A DNA stretch of 64,000 nt from an uncultured Mediterraneibacter sp. GTDB lineage: Bacteria > Bacillota > Clostridia > Lachnospirales > Lachnospiraceae. Position 1 is the stretch's first letter, and the number at the start of each line of letters is the position of its first letter. Shown in pieces: positions 46,565 through 56,599 of the stretch. The stretch is taken from positions 14,030-78,029 of the forward strand of contig CALWMN010000011.1 of the NCBI GenBank assembly GCA_944381935.1. Reading direction: 5' to 3'. The position numbers were made by a program, and so were the translations under genes. Below the pieces are notes generated by a model. That model did no database searches, had not been told where the DNA came from, and saw nothing but the letters and a program-made list of their open reading frames with translations.

Positions 46565-46645
46565 TTAAGAAGGACACTTTTTCATAAACTTTTTCCCCCT
46601 TTGAGTCACAGAAATGTGGCTCTTTCCTTTTCTGTGGATTTTTTC
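46565..46645 (+). ncRNA. Candidate small RNA (orphan promoter plus terminator)
   Basis: TTTACA-16 bp-TATAAT (46532-46559), no ORF, hairpin CACAGAAA/TTTCTGTG with a T tract on the plus strand. Confidence 0.3.
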
Positions 46646-46653
46646 TATGGATT

Positions 46654-47187
46654 TCAGGACATCACCCTTCCACGAAGCTTCCCCCACACATGGGCCTGGG
46701 CATAATCATACGCGCGGTCATAAATGAACAGGGCGATCTGCCCGCCTGCTGCCACGCCTGCCATCGCTGCATCTGATATGGAACCGGAAAAGAGCATATC
46801 CCGGAAGAGGAACACAATCGGGAGATACATAATGTTGAAGATCACATATTTGGCAATCCAGAATACCCTGCTGCGGTTTCCTGCCTGCGGATGCTTCTCC
46901 AGCCATCGAAACACCGCTTCGATCCCCCATATATAGAATCCCATCGCCGCAAAGGTCACTACGTAAAACTTATTCGGTGCCAGGATAAATCCAAGCAAAA
47001 CTGCGGCAAGATAAAACGCGGCGCCGGCTTTCAGCCCAAATTCGCGTATCACGATCCCGACAAAAAAAGAAGCCGCCGCCAGCAGAAATAATGTACTTGT
47101 CTCAATAATGCTACCAAGCGCCATGCAGACAACGGAAAGTGCCAGAAGCACGCCGCTAAACACCAGCGTTTTCGCCTTTACATACAT
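46654..47187 (-). CDS. Hypothetical membrane protein
   Basis: Five to six hydrophobic segments; ATG 47187 follows GGAGG and overlaps the J-domain gene stop. Confidence 0.75.
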   Translation of the reverse strand: MYVKAKTLVFSGVLLALSVVCMALGSIIETSTLFLLAAASFFVGIVIREFGLKAGAAFYLAAVLLGFILAPNKFYVVTFAAMGFYIWGIEAVFRWLEKHPQAGNRSRVFWIAKYVIFNIMYLPIVFLFRDMLFSGSISDAAMAGVAAGGQIALFIYDRAYDYAQAHVWGKLRGRVMS

Positions 47188-47813
47188 GAACACAAATCTC
47201 CTCCCATACACTCACAGAGCTGGTCTGCGATAAACAAGTCGCAGCAGAGGTTTCCGGTCCCGCAGGAGGAGCCTCCCTGGCCGTACATACCGCCATACGG
47301 ACTGCTCTGATATCTCCTGCTGCTGAAATCAAGCTGATTCAAAAGCTGCCGGTACTGCATATTGTTCGGTTCCATATTCACCGCCTGCGCCGCATGGTCC
47401 CTGGCCAGAATGTTATTTCCGATTCCGGCGTTGGCACAGCCGCTTAAATAATACCACATTGCCGAGCGCTCGGGAATCTGGTCCAGCGTATTGAGCGCTT
47501 CCCGGTAGCGCCTGTTGTTGATATAGTTCATCGCCGCCTGGAGGCGTGAATCCTGATTCTCGCTCCCGTATCCGCTGTAGGATGAGCCGCCTCCGTAAGA
47601 ATAACTGCTTGTGCTGCCGGAGGATCTTTCCTGCATGATCGTATCGTACGCCTCCTGGACTTCCTTGAACTTCTCCTCTGCCAGATCTGCAAGCGGATTG
47701 TTCACATTGGCGTCCGGGTGGTACTTCCGCGTCAGGTCCCGATACGCTCTCTTTATCTCATCATCCGATGCATTCGGGGATACTCCGAGCACATCGTAAG
47801 GATTCTTTGTCAT
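47178..47813 (-). CDS. J-domain protein with TPR-like middle and Cys-rich C-terminus
   Basis: [21 protein letters not shown]; tail [24 protein letters not shown]. Confidence 0.88.
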   Translation of the reverse strand: MTKNPYDVLGVSPNASDDEIKRAYRDLTRKYHPDANVNNPLADLAEEKFKEVQEAYDTIMQERSSGSTSSYSYGGGSSYSGYGSENQDSRLQAAMNYINNRRYREALNTLDQIPERSAMWYYLSGCANAGIGNNILARDHAAQAVNMEPNNMQYRQLLNQLDFSSRRYQSSPYGGMYGQGGSSCGTGNLCCDLFIADQLCECMGGDLCSCM

Positions 47814-48646
47814 TGTCTCTGTTCCTCACTTTTCTTCATCTGTATCTTATTATAACGATTCCAGACACCATCATACAATATATTTCTCAAAATGTCTACA
47901 TCTACAAGACACGGGAGGCGTTCAAACTCCGCCGTGCTCTCCGCAATCATCATGCACAGGATCTGCTGCATCCTTTCCTCATAATCCTTTTTCCCGTACA
48001 GCTCTTGCAGCGGATTATACCTTCCCTTTTCCATATCCTCCGGAAGGTCTTCATAGGCGTCCATAATGTAAATATACTTTCCCAGGAAAAAACCCATACG
48101 CCTTAAATTCTGTTCCCACATATCTTCCCGGTACACGAACAGTTCCTCCATCAGCTTGCCAAAGCATCCTGCCGTCCTGTCGATATCCATACTCTGCTGC
48201 GCCTCACATGCAGAGAGTTCTTCCAGGGCGCGGACGATTCCCCGGCTCTGCCTTGGATACCGGTCTATGATCTTCCCTGCCTTTCCCCGGATCAGGCTCT
48301 TCATGGCAAAACTCCCCGCCTTGCGCTCATCCTTCCAGTCGTCCTCCATCTGGTAATATGCCAGCAGCACATTCATGTCTGCGGCGTACGATGTGATGTC
48401 GTTCCGAATCATGAGCTGTTTCTTTACCGGGTGCACTTTACAGCGGTGCATCTCTGCTTCTGCCGCGCTTTCATACAGGGATGACAGCAGAATCACTTCA
48501 AATGTCATGTCATATGTCAGCGTCATCTGGCCCAGAAATCCGTACTTTTCTTTCAGCTCACGGCACAGCCCGCAGTAGTATGCCTTATATTTTTTCAGAT
48601 CTTTCACCTTCAGCTCAGGCTCACAAATTGTCACATATCCAAACAT
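47810..48646 (-). CDS. DUF5685-family protein
   Basis: [40 protein letters not shown]. Confidence 0.75.
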   Translation of the reverse strand: MFGYVTICEPELKVKDLKKYKAYYCGLCRELKEKYGFLGQMTLTYDMTFEVILLSSLYESAAEAEMHRCKVHPVKKQLMIRNDITSYAADMNVLLAYYQMEDDWKDERKAGSFAMKSLIRGKAGKIIDRYPRQSRGIVRALEELSACEAQQSMDIDRTAGCFGKLMEELFVYREDMWEQNLRRMGFFLGKYIYIMDAYEDLPEDMEKGRYNPLQELYGKKDYEERMQQILCMMIAESTAEFERLPCLVDVDILRNILYDGVWNRYNKIQMKKSEEQRQ

Positions 48647-48737
48647 AAATCTTCTCCCTTAACCGTCCCTGTTTTTGACATGCTGATATTATAACACGGC
48701 TCACGGGAAGCGTTTATAAATCTTTTATGAAATGAAT

Positions 48738-48766
48738 TGTCAACCATTATTAATTTTTAGTTGACA
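48738..48766. promoter_or_regulatory. BirA (biotin repressor) operator
   Basis: TGTCAAC-N15-GTTGACA upstream of bioY, overlapping the -35 of TTGACA(48761)-17 bp-TATACT(48784). Confidence 0.85.
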
Positions 48767-48821
48767 TTCTGTTTGCGCCACCGTATACTTACAGTAAACT
48801 ACTAAGACAGGAGATTTGATC

Positions 48822-49391
48822 ATGAATGGAAATACCACTGTAAACACACGGAAAACCCGCACAAAGGAACTTACGATGATCGGCCTTATGACCGCAGTCA
48901 CCTGCGTTCTCGGTCCGTTTTCCATCCCTATTCCCGTCAGCCCGGTCCCGATCTCACTGACAAATTTTGCTGTTTTTCTGAGTATCTATGTACTGGGATT
49001 CAAGGCAGGGACTACAAGCTGTATCCTTTATCTTCTTCTGGGAACGGCAGGGCTTCCGGTCTTTTCCTCTTTCAGCGGAGGACTCGGGAAGCTTGCCGGT
49101 CCGACCGGCGGTTATCTGATCGGCTTTGTTTTTCTCGCCCTCATCCAGGGATTTCTGATGGGGCGGTTTCCCGGGAAGCGCTCTGCTGCCGTCACCGGCA
49201 TGGCGCTGGGAATGGCTGTCTGCTATCTGTTCGGCACGCTCTGGCTTGCAGCCCAGATGAGCCTGGATTTTGCCGCAGCGCTTGGCATCGGCGTCATCCC
49301 TTATCTTCCCGGGGATATTGTAAAAATCGTGCTTGCCGCCGTCATCGGGCCAAAACTCTGCGCAGCGGTAAACCGGGCCCGGACGCCGTAG
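48822..49391 (+). CDS. bioY: Biotin transporter BioY
   Basis: PVPISL, GLPVFS.FSGG, GPTGGYLIGF, YLPGD..K; BirA box upstream; ATG 48822 follows GGAG. Confidence 0.93.
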   Translation: MNGNTTVNTRKTRTKELTMIGLMTAVTCVLGPFSIPIPVSPVPISLTNFAVFLSIYVLGFKAGTTSCILYLLLGTAGLPVFSSFSGGLGKLAGPTGGYLIGFVFLALIQGFLMGRFPGKRSAAVTGMALGMAVCYLFGTLWLAAQMSLDFAAALGIGVIPYLPGDIVKIVLAAVIGPKLCAAVNRARTP

Positions 49392-49402
49392 AAGAGAAAG
49401 AC

Positions 49403-51553
49403 CTATATTCCTCTCATCGTGAGCTGAATCCTCTTTTTCTTCAGATCCACGCTCATAACCTTCACCTCCACAATATCTCCCACGCTCACCGCTTCCAGCG
49501 GATGTTTGATATAGCGGTCGGTGATCTGGGAGATATGCACCAGTCCGTCCTGATGCACGCCGATATCCACGAACGCACCGAAATCTATGACATTTCTCAC
49601 AGTCCCTTTGAGCACCATTCCTTCCTTCAAGTCCTTCATCTCAAGGACGTCCGTGCGGAGGATGGGCTTCGGCATCTCCTCCCGGGGGTCTCTCGCCGGT
49701 TTTTCCAGCTCTTTTACGATATCCCTCAGGGTGATCTCCCCGATCCCGAGCTCTTCCGCCAGCTTCCCGTAATCCCGTACCGTAAGGGACAGCCCCGTCA
49801 GATTGTGCCCGGTGATATCTTCCGGTGTAAATCCCTGTCTCTTCAGGAGACTCTCTGCCGCTTCGTAGGACTCCGGGTGAACCCCTGTGGAATCCAGAGG
49901 GTTGTCTCCATCCTGGATCCGCATGAAGCCGGCGCACTGCTCGTAAGCCTTGGGTCCTAGTTTGGGGACTTTCAGCAGCTCCCTGCGGTCTGTAAACCTC
50001 CCGTTTTCCTCCCGGTACGCCACGATATTCTTCGCAATGGCTGCGCTGATGCCCGAAATATAGGACAGAAGCGGCGCTGAAGCTGTGTTGAGGTCCACCC
50101 CGACCTTATTGACACAGTCCTCTACCACGCCGTTTAAAGATTCCCCCAGCTTCTTTTGGTTCATATCATGCTGGTACTGCCCCACCCCGATCGATTTCGG
50201 ATCGATCTTGACCAGCTCTGCAAGAGGGTCCTGAAGCCTTCTCGCAATGGATGCGGCGCTTCGCTGCCCCACGTCAAACTTCGGGAACTCCTCACTGGCA
50301 AGCTTGCTCGCCGAGTAGACAGAAGCCCCCGCCTCGTTTACGATGACATACTGTACCTTCTCCGGTATCTCTTTTAAAAGCTCCACGATGAACTGCTCGG
50401 ATTCCCTGGACGCGGTTCCGTTCCCGAGGGAAATCAGCGTGATATTATATTTTGGTATGATCTTTTTGAGCAGGTCCTTGCTCGCCTTGATCTTCTGGGG
50501 GGTTGTGGGGGCAGTCGGATAGATGACCGTGGTACCGAGCACCTTCCCTGTCGGATCCACCACGGCAAGTTTACATCCTGTCCGAAACGCCGGGTCCCAG
50601 CCCAGGACCACGTGGCCTGCAACCGGCGGCTGCATGAGAAGCTGATGCAGGTTCTTTCCGAACACCTCGATGGCGCCGTCCTCTGCCTTCTCGGTCAGTT
50701 CATTGCGGATCTCCCGCTCAATCGCCGGGGCGATAAGGCGGTGATAGCTGTCCTCCACCGCTTCTTTCAGGACCGGAGCTGTAAAGGGATTGTCCGAACG
50801 GATGACCTGCCGCTCAAGATAGCCTATGATCTCATCCTCCGGCGCCTCCACCTTCACCGTCAGGAATTTCTCCTTCTCCCCCCGGTTGAGGGCAAGCACC
50901 CTGTGTCCGGCCAGTTTTGCGGCTGGTTGTTCAAACTCATAGTACATCTCGTAGACAGACTCTGCTTCCGGGTCTTTTGCCGCCGAGGTTATCTTCCCCT
51001 TCCTCATGGTTGTCTTTCTGATCCAGGTCCGGTAATCCGCATTGTCGGAAATGGACTCCGCAATGATATCCTTTGCCCCTGCAATGGCGTCTTTTGCCGA
51101 CGCCACTTTCTTTTCCTCTGAAATGTAAGCCTTCGCCGTATTCTCCAGGGGCTCCTCCGTCTTCTGAAGGGTGATAAACGCAGCAAGGGGTTCCAGTCCC
51201 TTCTCCTTTGCAATGGTCGCCCGGGTTCTCCGCTTCGGGCGGTACGGCCGGTAAAGGTCGTCCACTGCCACCTGTGTCTCTGCAGCAAGGATCTGTGCCC
51301 TTAACTCCTCTGTCATCTTTCCCTGTTCTTCAATACTGGCGATAACCTGCTCTTTCTTTTCTTCCAGGTTACGCAGATAAAGCAGGCGTTCGTACAGCTT
51401 CCTGAGCTGCTCGTCATTGAGCGATCCTGTGGCTTCCTTCCTGTACCGTGAGATAAAAGGAATCGTGTTCCCCTCATCGATCAGCTTTACTGCCGCATCC
51501 ACCTGATAGCGCTTCACACCTAATTCTTCTGTCAGTCTCTGATTAATGTCCAT
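49403..51553 (-). CDS. Tex-family transcription accessory protein (YqgF-like, HhH and S1 domains)
   Basis: GNTIPFISRYRKE, DPAFRTGCK, GNGTASRE, NEAGASVYSAS, GVGQYQHD, FGAFVDIGV; ATG 51553 overlaps the upstream TAA (TAATG). Confidence 0.96.
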   Translation of the reverse strand: MDINQRLTEELGVKRYQVDAAVKLIDEGNTIPFISRYRKEATGSLNDEQLRKLYERLLYLRNLEEKKEQVIASIEEQGKMTEELRAQILAAETQVAVDDLYRPYRPKRRTRATIAKEKGLEPLAAFITLQKTEEPLENTAKAYISEEKKVASAKDAIAGAKDIIAESISDNADYRTWIRKTTMRKGKITSAAKDPEAESVYEMYYEFEQPAAKLAGHRVLALNRGEKEKFLTVKVEAPEDEIIGYLERQVIRSDNPFTAPVLKEAVEDSYHRLIAPAIEREIRNELTEKAEDGAIEVFGKNLHQLLMQPPVAGHVVLGWDPAFRTGCKLAVVDPTGKVLGTTVIYPTAPTTPQKIKASKDLLKKIIPKYNITLISLGNGTASRESEQFIVELLKEIPEKVQYVIVNEAGASVYSASKLASEEFPKFDVGQRSAASIARRLQDPLAELVKIDPKSIGVGQYQHDMNQKKLGESLNGVVEDCVNKVGVDLNTASAPLLSYISGISAAIAKNIVAYREENGRFTDRRELLKVPKLGPKAYEQCAGFMRIQDGDNPLDSTGVHPESYEAAESLLKRQGFTPEDITGHNLTGLSLTVRDYGKLAEELGIGEITLRDIVKELEKPARDPREEMPKPILRTDVLEMKDLKEGMVLKGTVRNVIDFGAFVDIGVHQDGLVHISQITDRYIKHPLEAVSVGDIVEVKVMSVDLKKKRIQLTMRGI

Positions 51554-53244
51554 TATCCTATATTCCTCTCTATTGATTCTGTCAGCCCGGCGCCGCCGTT
51601 TTCGTACCATTGTACCACAAAAGTATCAAAGTAATCCAGCGGTTTCTCCCCCGCGATGATCTGAAGGAATGTTTCCTGCTCTAATTCCTGAAGGTTCTGA
51701 GGGATCTCTCCATCTGCATTCCCCATAGAGACCGTCGGAATCTTCCTCGCATCCGCGGCATTAAGCACTTCCACAGCCTGGATACGGGAGGCATATGCCG
51801 CCCACCCGTTTGCCGTTGTCAGGTTTCCGTTCAGATAAGAACGGCATGTATTATAGTAGGATTTCTCAAGACCCGATAGTTCTGTTACACTGATCTCACC
51901 GTTTAAAGCCTTTTGAAGATTCTCCGCGCACCGGTACAGGGCATCCCTGTAATCCACATTGATATTCATGGGGCGCGCAGTGGGATCCACATTGATGGAA
52001 AAGTAATCGTTGACCTCATTGGCATACCGGTTGTCTTCATAACGTGCATAGTCAAAGATCGCGCTCACGTATTTCCCCACGATCTCCGGGTGCCCGTACC
52101 CTTTGCGCACGACTACATACATCCAGTCGTCATAGGACTCAAAGGTCTGCGGGCGGTCCTCTATATCCTCTTCAAAAAGATACGGCTTCCACTCTGCTGT
52201 TCCGTCCGCGCTGCGGGAGCTGCTCAGAGGATTGTTGGGCGCCCACCAACGCCCAAAGACTGCCCCGCAGACGCCTTCCTCAATCAGCTCATCGATGTTT
52301 TCTGACTTTCTCAGCAGGAATCTGGAGTCCAGGATCCCTTCCTCATAAAGCCGGTTCAGGTATCCCAGCGCCTCCTTTGTCTCCGGGGTAAGGGATCCGT
52401 ATACGACCCGCCCTTCCCCATCCAATATCCATTTTTCAGGTGCAGAGCCGAATTTTGTAAAAATCCCCTCCACACCGTAAGTATCGCTGGAACCGGAGAT
52501 CACCTCCGTACTGCACGCCAGTCCCACAGTCTCGCCGCTTCCCGATACATCTTCCTGGACAAATGCCCGGACAATCTCCATTGCCTCATCCATTGAGCGG
52601 GGTTCCTCCAAACCCAGCTTTTCGATCCAGTCTGTCCGCAGCCAGAGCATCATCTCCCCGTCATCAATAGCGGTGTTTGGAAATGCATAGAGCTTCCCGC
52701 CAAACGTAGCGGAACCCAGCAGATCCTGCCCATAGCTCTCGTACATTTCCTTGATCGTATCTGTGGCACATTCCTCATATACCTGAGTCAGGTCTTCCAC
52801 AAGACCGTTTTCTACAAGGCGCTCCAGGTTGTCCCTTCCGTTCACTACAAGCACATCGGGTATCTCTCTGTCCGCAATCGCCACCTCCAGCGCTTCCTCA
52901 TAAGAGCCGTCCCTCTCCAGTTCAAAGACATCCACGTTCTGGATATTGAGCACTTCCCTGAGATATCTCGTATAGGCATTATCTTCATATGTATCTCCTA
53001 CCGGAAGATTGGAGTTGTTGCTGCCGACGACCTTTCCCAGTGTGTATTCAACTGTATCGGGATATTTCCCGAGCGGTGTATGTGCCGCTTCCTCCCACTG
53101 CCGCTCTGTTTCACCGGGATCAGCGGTTTCCCGCTCCTTCAGATCAGCGTCCCCGGCGCTGCCCCTCCCGCTGCATCCTGACAGTCCACTGCACAGAAGC
53201 ACCGCCAGAATTAATCCCGGCAAAATATATCTTTCCTTCTTCAT
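51553..53244 (-). CDS. Extracellular solute-binding lipoprotein adjacent to a sensor kinase
   Basis: Lipobox LSGC; LplA-like motifs (GKLYAFP, LWLRTDWIEKLG, FVVQWYENGG); ATG 53244 overlaps the kinase TGA (ATGA). Confidence 0.85.
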   Translation of the reverse strand: MKKERYILPGLILAVLLCSGLSGCSGRGSAGDADLKERETADPGETERQWEEAAHTPLGKYPDTVEYTLGKVVGSNNSNLPVGDTYEDNAYTRYLREVLNIQNVDVFELERDGSYEEALEVAIADREIPDVLVVNGRDNLERLVENGLVEDLTQVYEECATDTIKEMYESYGQDLLGSATFGGKLYAFPNTAIDDGEMMLWLRTDWIEKLGLEEPRSMDEAMEIVRAFVQEDVSGSGETVGLACSTEVISGSSDTYGVEGIFTKFGSAPEKWILDGEGRVVYGSLTPETKEALGYLNRLYEEGILDSRFLLRKSENIDELIEEGVCGAVFGRWWAPNNPLSSSRSADGTAEWKPYLFEEDIEDRPQTFESYDDWMYVVVRKGYGHPEIVGKYVSAIFDYARYEDNRYANEVNDYFSINVDPTARPMNINVDYRDALYRCAENLQKALNGEISVTELSGLEKSYYNTCRSYLNGNLTTANGWAAYASRIQAVEVLNAADARKIPTVSMGNADGEIPQNLQELEQETFLQIIAGEKPLDYFDTFVVQWYENGGAGLTESIERNIG

Positions 53245-54944
53245 TCCATCCTCTTTTCCGCCTTCTTCGGGATTCTGACCGTCACCTTTGTCCCCTGTCC
53301 CGGGCTGCTTTCTACCGATACGCCTCCCCTGCTGCCGTAAAGCACCCTGATCCTCTCGCATACATTGCGGACGCCATATCCCGGAGACTGATAGCTTATG
53401 ATCTCGTGCGCCTTCTCTTCTTCCATCCCCGCGCCGTTGTCCGAAATCTCGAATATGATTTCTTCCTCTTCCTGCCTCAGCGTAAGGGACAGAAGCTTGT
53501 CTTCCCTCTCGGACAGATCCAGTCCATGATCTATGGCGTTTTCTACAAATGGCTGCAGGATCAGCTTGGGTATCATGAGATCCGCCAGATTCCTGTCCGG
53601 GTCGATGTGTTCGATAACATGAAAGCTGTTGTCATGCATGATAAGCTGGATCTTCAGGTACGCCCGGATATTGTTCAGCTCACTTTCCACTGTGGTCATT
53701 GTCTCCCCTTTGTTCAGGCTGGTCCTGTAATAGGTAGAAAGCGCGAGGGTGACTTTGCTGATCTCTTCCTCGCCTGCCTCCAGCGCTTTCCAGTTGATGA
53801 TGGAAAGGGAATTGTAGAGGAAATGGGGATTGATCTGTGCCTGCAGCGCTTTCATCTCTGAATTTTGGAGCTTTATTTTCGCCTCATACACTTCTGAGAT
53901 CAGATGGTTCATCTGGTCCATCATCCTGCGGAAAGAGCGGATGAGCACGCCGACCTCGTCATTTGAATTGCTGCTCACTGTCACCTTCCTGAACCCCATG
54001 TGGATCTGGTTCATATTCTCTGTCAGACGCTCCAGGCAGGAGACGGTCCGCCGGGAGAACAGATACCCCAAAAGCACCAGCAGGACGATGCAGATCCCGA
54101 CCAGGGGGATATTCCCAATCAGCAGGTCTGTGGCAGAACGGGTGATGATCTCCGTCGGCCTGTACATACAGAACGTCCAGTCTGTGCCGTTCATTTCACG
54201 GATCGTACAGGTATAATTATCCTGAATATATTCCAGTGACTCCGGCATGGACGGTCTGTACTCGTCGTCCATAGAATAGCCGGAATATACCACGGTCCCG
54301 TCCGCATCCAGGATGATCCCTCCCGTGTTGTCCAGCAGAAGATTGGTGAACGGCTCCAGCACCGCCTTGTAATCCAGGCTCATGGACAGCACAGCCGTGA
54401 TGTCATCCCCGTCATAGAATTTTCTTGAAGCGGTAATCTCCTGGTTTGCGCCCCGCGTGACAGTCCACTGCATCAGTGAGCTGCTGTCGAGCAGCCCATA
54501 CCACCCCTGTTCTTTTGCCCGGTCCAAAGGCATGAGCGTATTGCCGTGGGGCACTTCGATACTCTCCGCATACAGGGTGATCTCCCGGATCTCCCTGTGA
54601 TAGAGCGAAGGCATCTGCAGCAGCGGGTCTGCCACATTCACGTACTCTGTATATGTCTCATAATCTGACCGGGGTTCCATCGTAAGAATGTCCCGCAAAT
54701 CCTGGGAATAGGAAAGATAGTCCACCAGGTTCTCGTAGATCTGTTCCTGGTTCTCTATTGCCCCAACCGACTGTTCCAGTGACTTTTCCAGGTTGTCGAC
54801 CTCGTTTTCATGCAGCAGGTTCATCATGCCGCTCTGCATATACACTACAATGATCGCCACCGGAATAAGGCCTGCCGCCAGGACAAGCAGCGTAAGCTTG
54901 TATCTGAACTTCAGATTTTTAAATGACTGGAGCAGATTCTTCAT
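53241..54944 (-). CDS. YesM/LytS-like sensor histidine kinase
   Basis: Two TMs, HAMP (DEVG.L...F..M), ALQAQINPHFLYNSL, LQPFVENAIDHG, DNGAGM, GYGVRNV, GTKV. Confidence 0.95.
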   Translation of the reverse strand: MKNLLQSFKNLKFRYKLTLLVLAAGLIPVAIIVVYMQSGMMNLLHENEVDNLEKSLEQSVGAIENQEQIYENLVDYLSYSQDLRDILTMEPRSDYETYTEYVNVADPLLQMPSLYHREIREITLYAESIEVPHGNTLMPLDRAKEQGWYGLLDSSSLMQWTVTRGANQEITASRKFYDGDDITAVLSMSLDYKAVLEPFTNLLLDNTGGIILDADGTVVYSGYSMDDEYRPSMPESLEYIQDNYTCTIREMNGTDWTFCMYRPTEIITRSATDLLIGNIPLVGICIVLLVLLGYLFSRRTVSCLERLTENMNQIHMGFRKVTVSSNSNDEVGVLIRSFRRMMDQMNHLISEVYEAKIKLQNSEMKALQAQINPHFLYNSLSIINWKALEAGEEEISKVTLALSTYYRTSLNKGETMTTVESELNNIRAYLKIQLIMHDNSFHVIEHIDPDRNLADLMIPKLILQPFVENAIDHGLDLSEREDKLLSLTLRQEEEEIIFEISDNGAGMEEEKAHEIISYQSPGYGVRNVCERIRVLYGSRGGVSVESSPGQGTKVTVRIPKKAEKRME

Positions 54945-56463
54945 CTGTCATCTTCCCCTTCCTGCACGACTCAGGTGAATTGCCGAAAAATTCTCTGAAA
55001 CTCCGGCAGAAATACGAGCTGTTGGAGAACCCCACCTCCTTTGCGATCTGCGCGATCTTCATATTCGTCCCTTCTAAAAGCTCCCGCGCCTTCTCCATCC
55101 TGACCTCCCGGATATACCGGTTCAGGGTCACTCCCGTCTCTTCCTTGAACACCGCGCTCAAATACCCCGGCGACAGATATACCATGCCCGCAAGCTCTTC
55201 TGCCCCGATATTCTTCTCGCTGTAATGATGCCGTATGTACGTCTTTACCTTTGCAATCTCTTCGCGCAGCCCGCCCTTCCGCTCGTTCATGCTCGCTTCA
55301 AACTCTGAGACCCCTCCGGATACGATATCGATCACATCCTGGATCTTCCGGCACCGGTAGAGCCTGTCCACCTTTTTGGACAGCGCCTTCTCATCTCCCG
55401 GGGAAAGCTGTTCATATATTTCCTTCAGGATACTGGAGAACACAAATTTAACATACATTTCCGAAAACTGCCTGCTGTCCCTGTATTTGTGCTCCAGCCT
55501 GCCGAAATCCTGCCTCAGGTGAATCACGTCTTTCTGCCTTATCTCCCGGCTGATCCTCTCCATCAGCTCTAAGTCCTCTGTCCCGGCTTCCGGTCCGTTC
55601 CCATTCTCCCCGCTGACCAGCACATGCTGCCCCGGCTGATAGAACTGCTCCTCCAGAAGCGTTTCCAGCTTTCGGAACTCTCCCGGGATCTGAGTCACCG
55701 TTTCGATCGGGGCGCTGACTGCCAAATAGCACTCACAGTCATACTGCTGCCTGAAAAATTCATACAGTTTCCGGGCAAGCTGGCGGTAATCCGTATATTT
55801 CTCCCCAAACAGAAACAGGGATTCGTTGGAATTTAAATTGATATATGCCATGTCTCTGTGGAACTGTTCCTTTAAATTCCCGATAAAATGCTCTTCCTCT
55901 GTCTCAAAGAACCCTCCGGATGCGCCCGCGAGAATCATCCGGCTGCATAGGTTGAGGTCATCCCTCCCGCCTTTAAACAGCTTCTCCAGATTCTGCAGTT
56001 CATTCTCGTTTCCAGTGTACAGATAATTGATAAAGAAATATTTCCGAAGATAGTCCTCCTGGCGGGTCTGCTGTGCTTCCTCCTCCCGCCTCACGCTTAT
56101 GTGGCTGATCACACGCTCCAGCGTCTTATGGAACTCTTCCGGGTCCACCGGCTTGAGCACATAATCCACCACCCCGTACCGCAGCGCCTCCTTCGCATAA
56201 GAGAAATCATTATATCCGCTGAAGATCACAATCTCCAGCCCGGGGCAGAGCTCCCTCGCCTGGCTGGAAAGCTCCAGGCCGCTCATATAAGGCATCTTCA
56301 CGTCTGAAAACAGAATGTCAACCGAATCAGACATCAGCACGCCCAGCGCATCCTTTCCGTTTGCCGCCTCGAGAATCCTGAACTCCTCTTTCTCTCGCTG
56401 GAGAAGAAATTTGATCCCATTCCTCTCCAGCTTTTCGTCATCCACGATCAAAATTGTCAGCAT
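54919..56463 (-). CDS. YesN-like response regulator (REC plus AraC HTH)
   Basis: IVDDE, SDVKMP..SG, YVLKP, YLSPGYLS..FK.ETG, GFSNSSYF; ATG 56463 (ORF track start 56538). Confidence 0.95.
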   Translation of the reverse strand: MLTILIVDDEKLERNGIKFLLQREKEEFRILEAANGKDALGVLMSDSVDILFSDVKMPYMSGLELSSQARELCPGLEIVIFSGYNDFSYAKEALRYGVVDYVLKPVDPEEFHKTLERVISHISVRREEEAQQTRQEDYLRKYFFINYLYTGNENELQNLEKLFKGGRDDLNLCSRMILAGASGGFFETEEEHFIGNLKEQFHRDMAYINLNSNESLFLFGEKYTDYRQLARKLYEFFRQQYDCECYLAVSAPIETVTQIPGEFRKLETLLEEQFYQPGQHVLVSGENGNGPEAGTEDLELMERISREIRQKDVIHLRQDFGRLEHKYRDSRQFSEMYVKFVFSSILKEIYEQLSPGDEKALSKKVDRLYRCRKIQDVIDIVSGGVSEFEASMNERKGGLREEIAKVKTYIRHHYSEKNIGAEELAGMVYLSPGYLSAVFKEETGVTLNRYIREVRMEKARELLEGTNMKIAQIAKEVGFSNSSYFCRSFREFFGNSPESCRKGKMTDEESAPVI

Positions 56464-56599
56464 TTTCCCATTCCTTTCCTCAGAAATACCCTGTCCGCGC
56501 CGGGGAAATCCACCGGTCTGCCGCGCCACACACTTCATTATAATATAAGCAGAAGGAGAAATCCAGTAATTCGGACTCCTCCTTCAGAGTGTGTTCTTT

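Noticed and set aside
43261-46603. Similar strings GACACTTTT...CCCCCTTTG at 43261 and 46573-46603 as possible att or target-site repeats flanking the R-M cassette
   Set aside because: The match is short, low-complexity and interrupted. It would also enclose the core ribU gene, and there is no integrase.
46490-46645. Possible DnaA-box cluster or origin
   Set aside because: Only degenerate matches to TTATCCACA, with no dnaA, dnaN or other origin context.
52989-53861. 290-aa plus-strand ORF
   Set aside because: Antisense to the HK/SBP junction with no supporting features.
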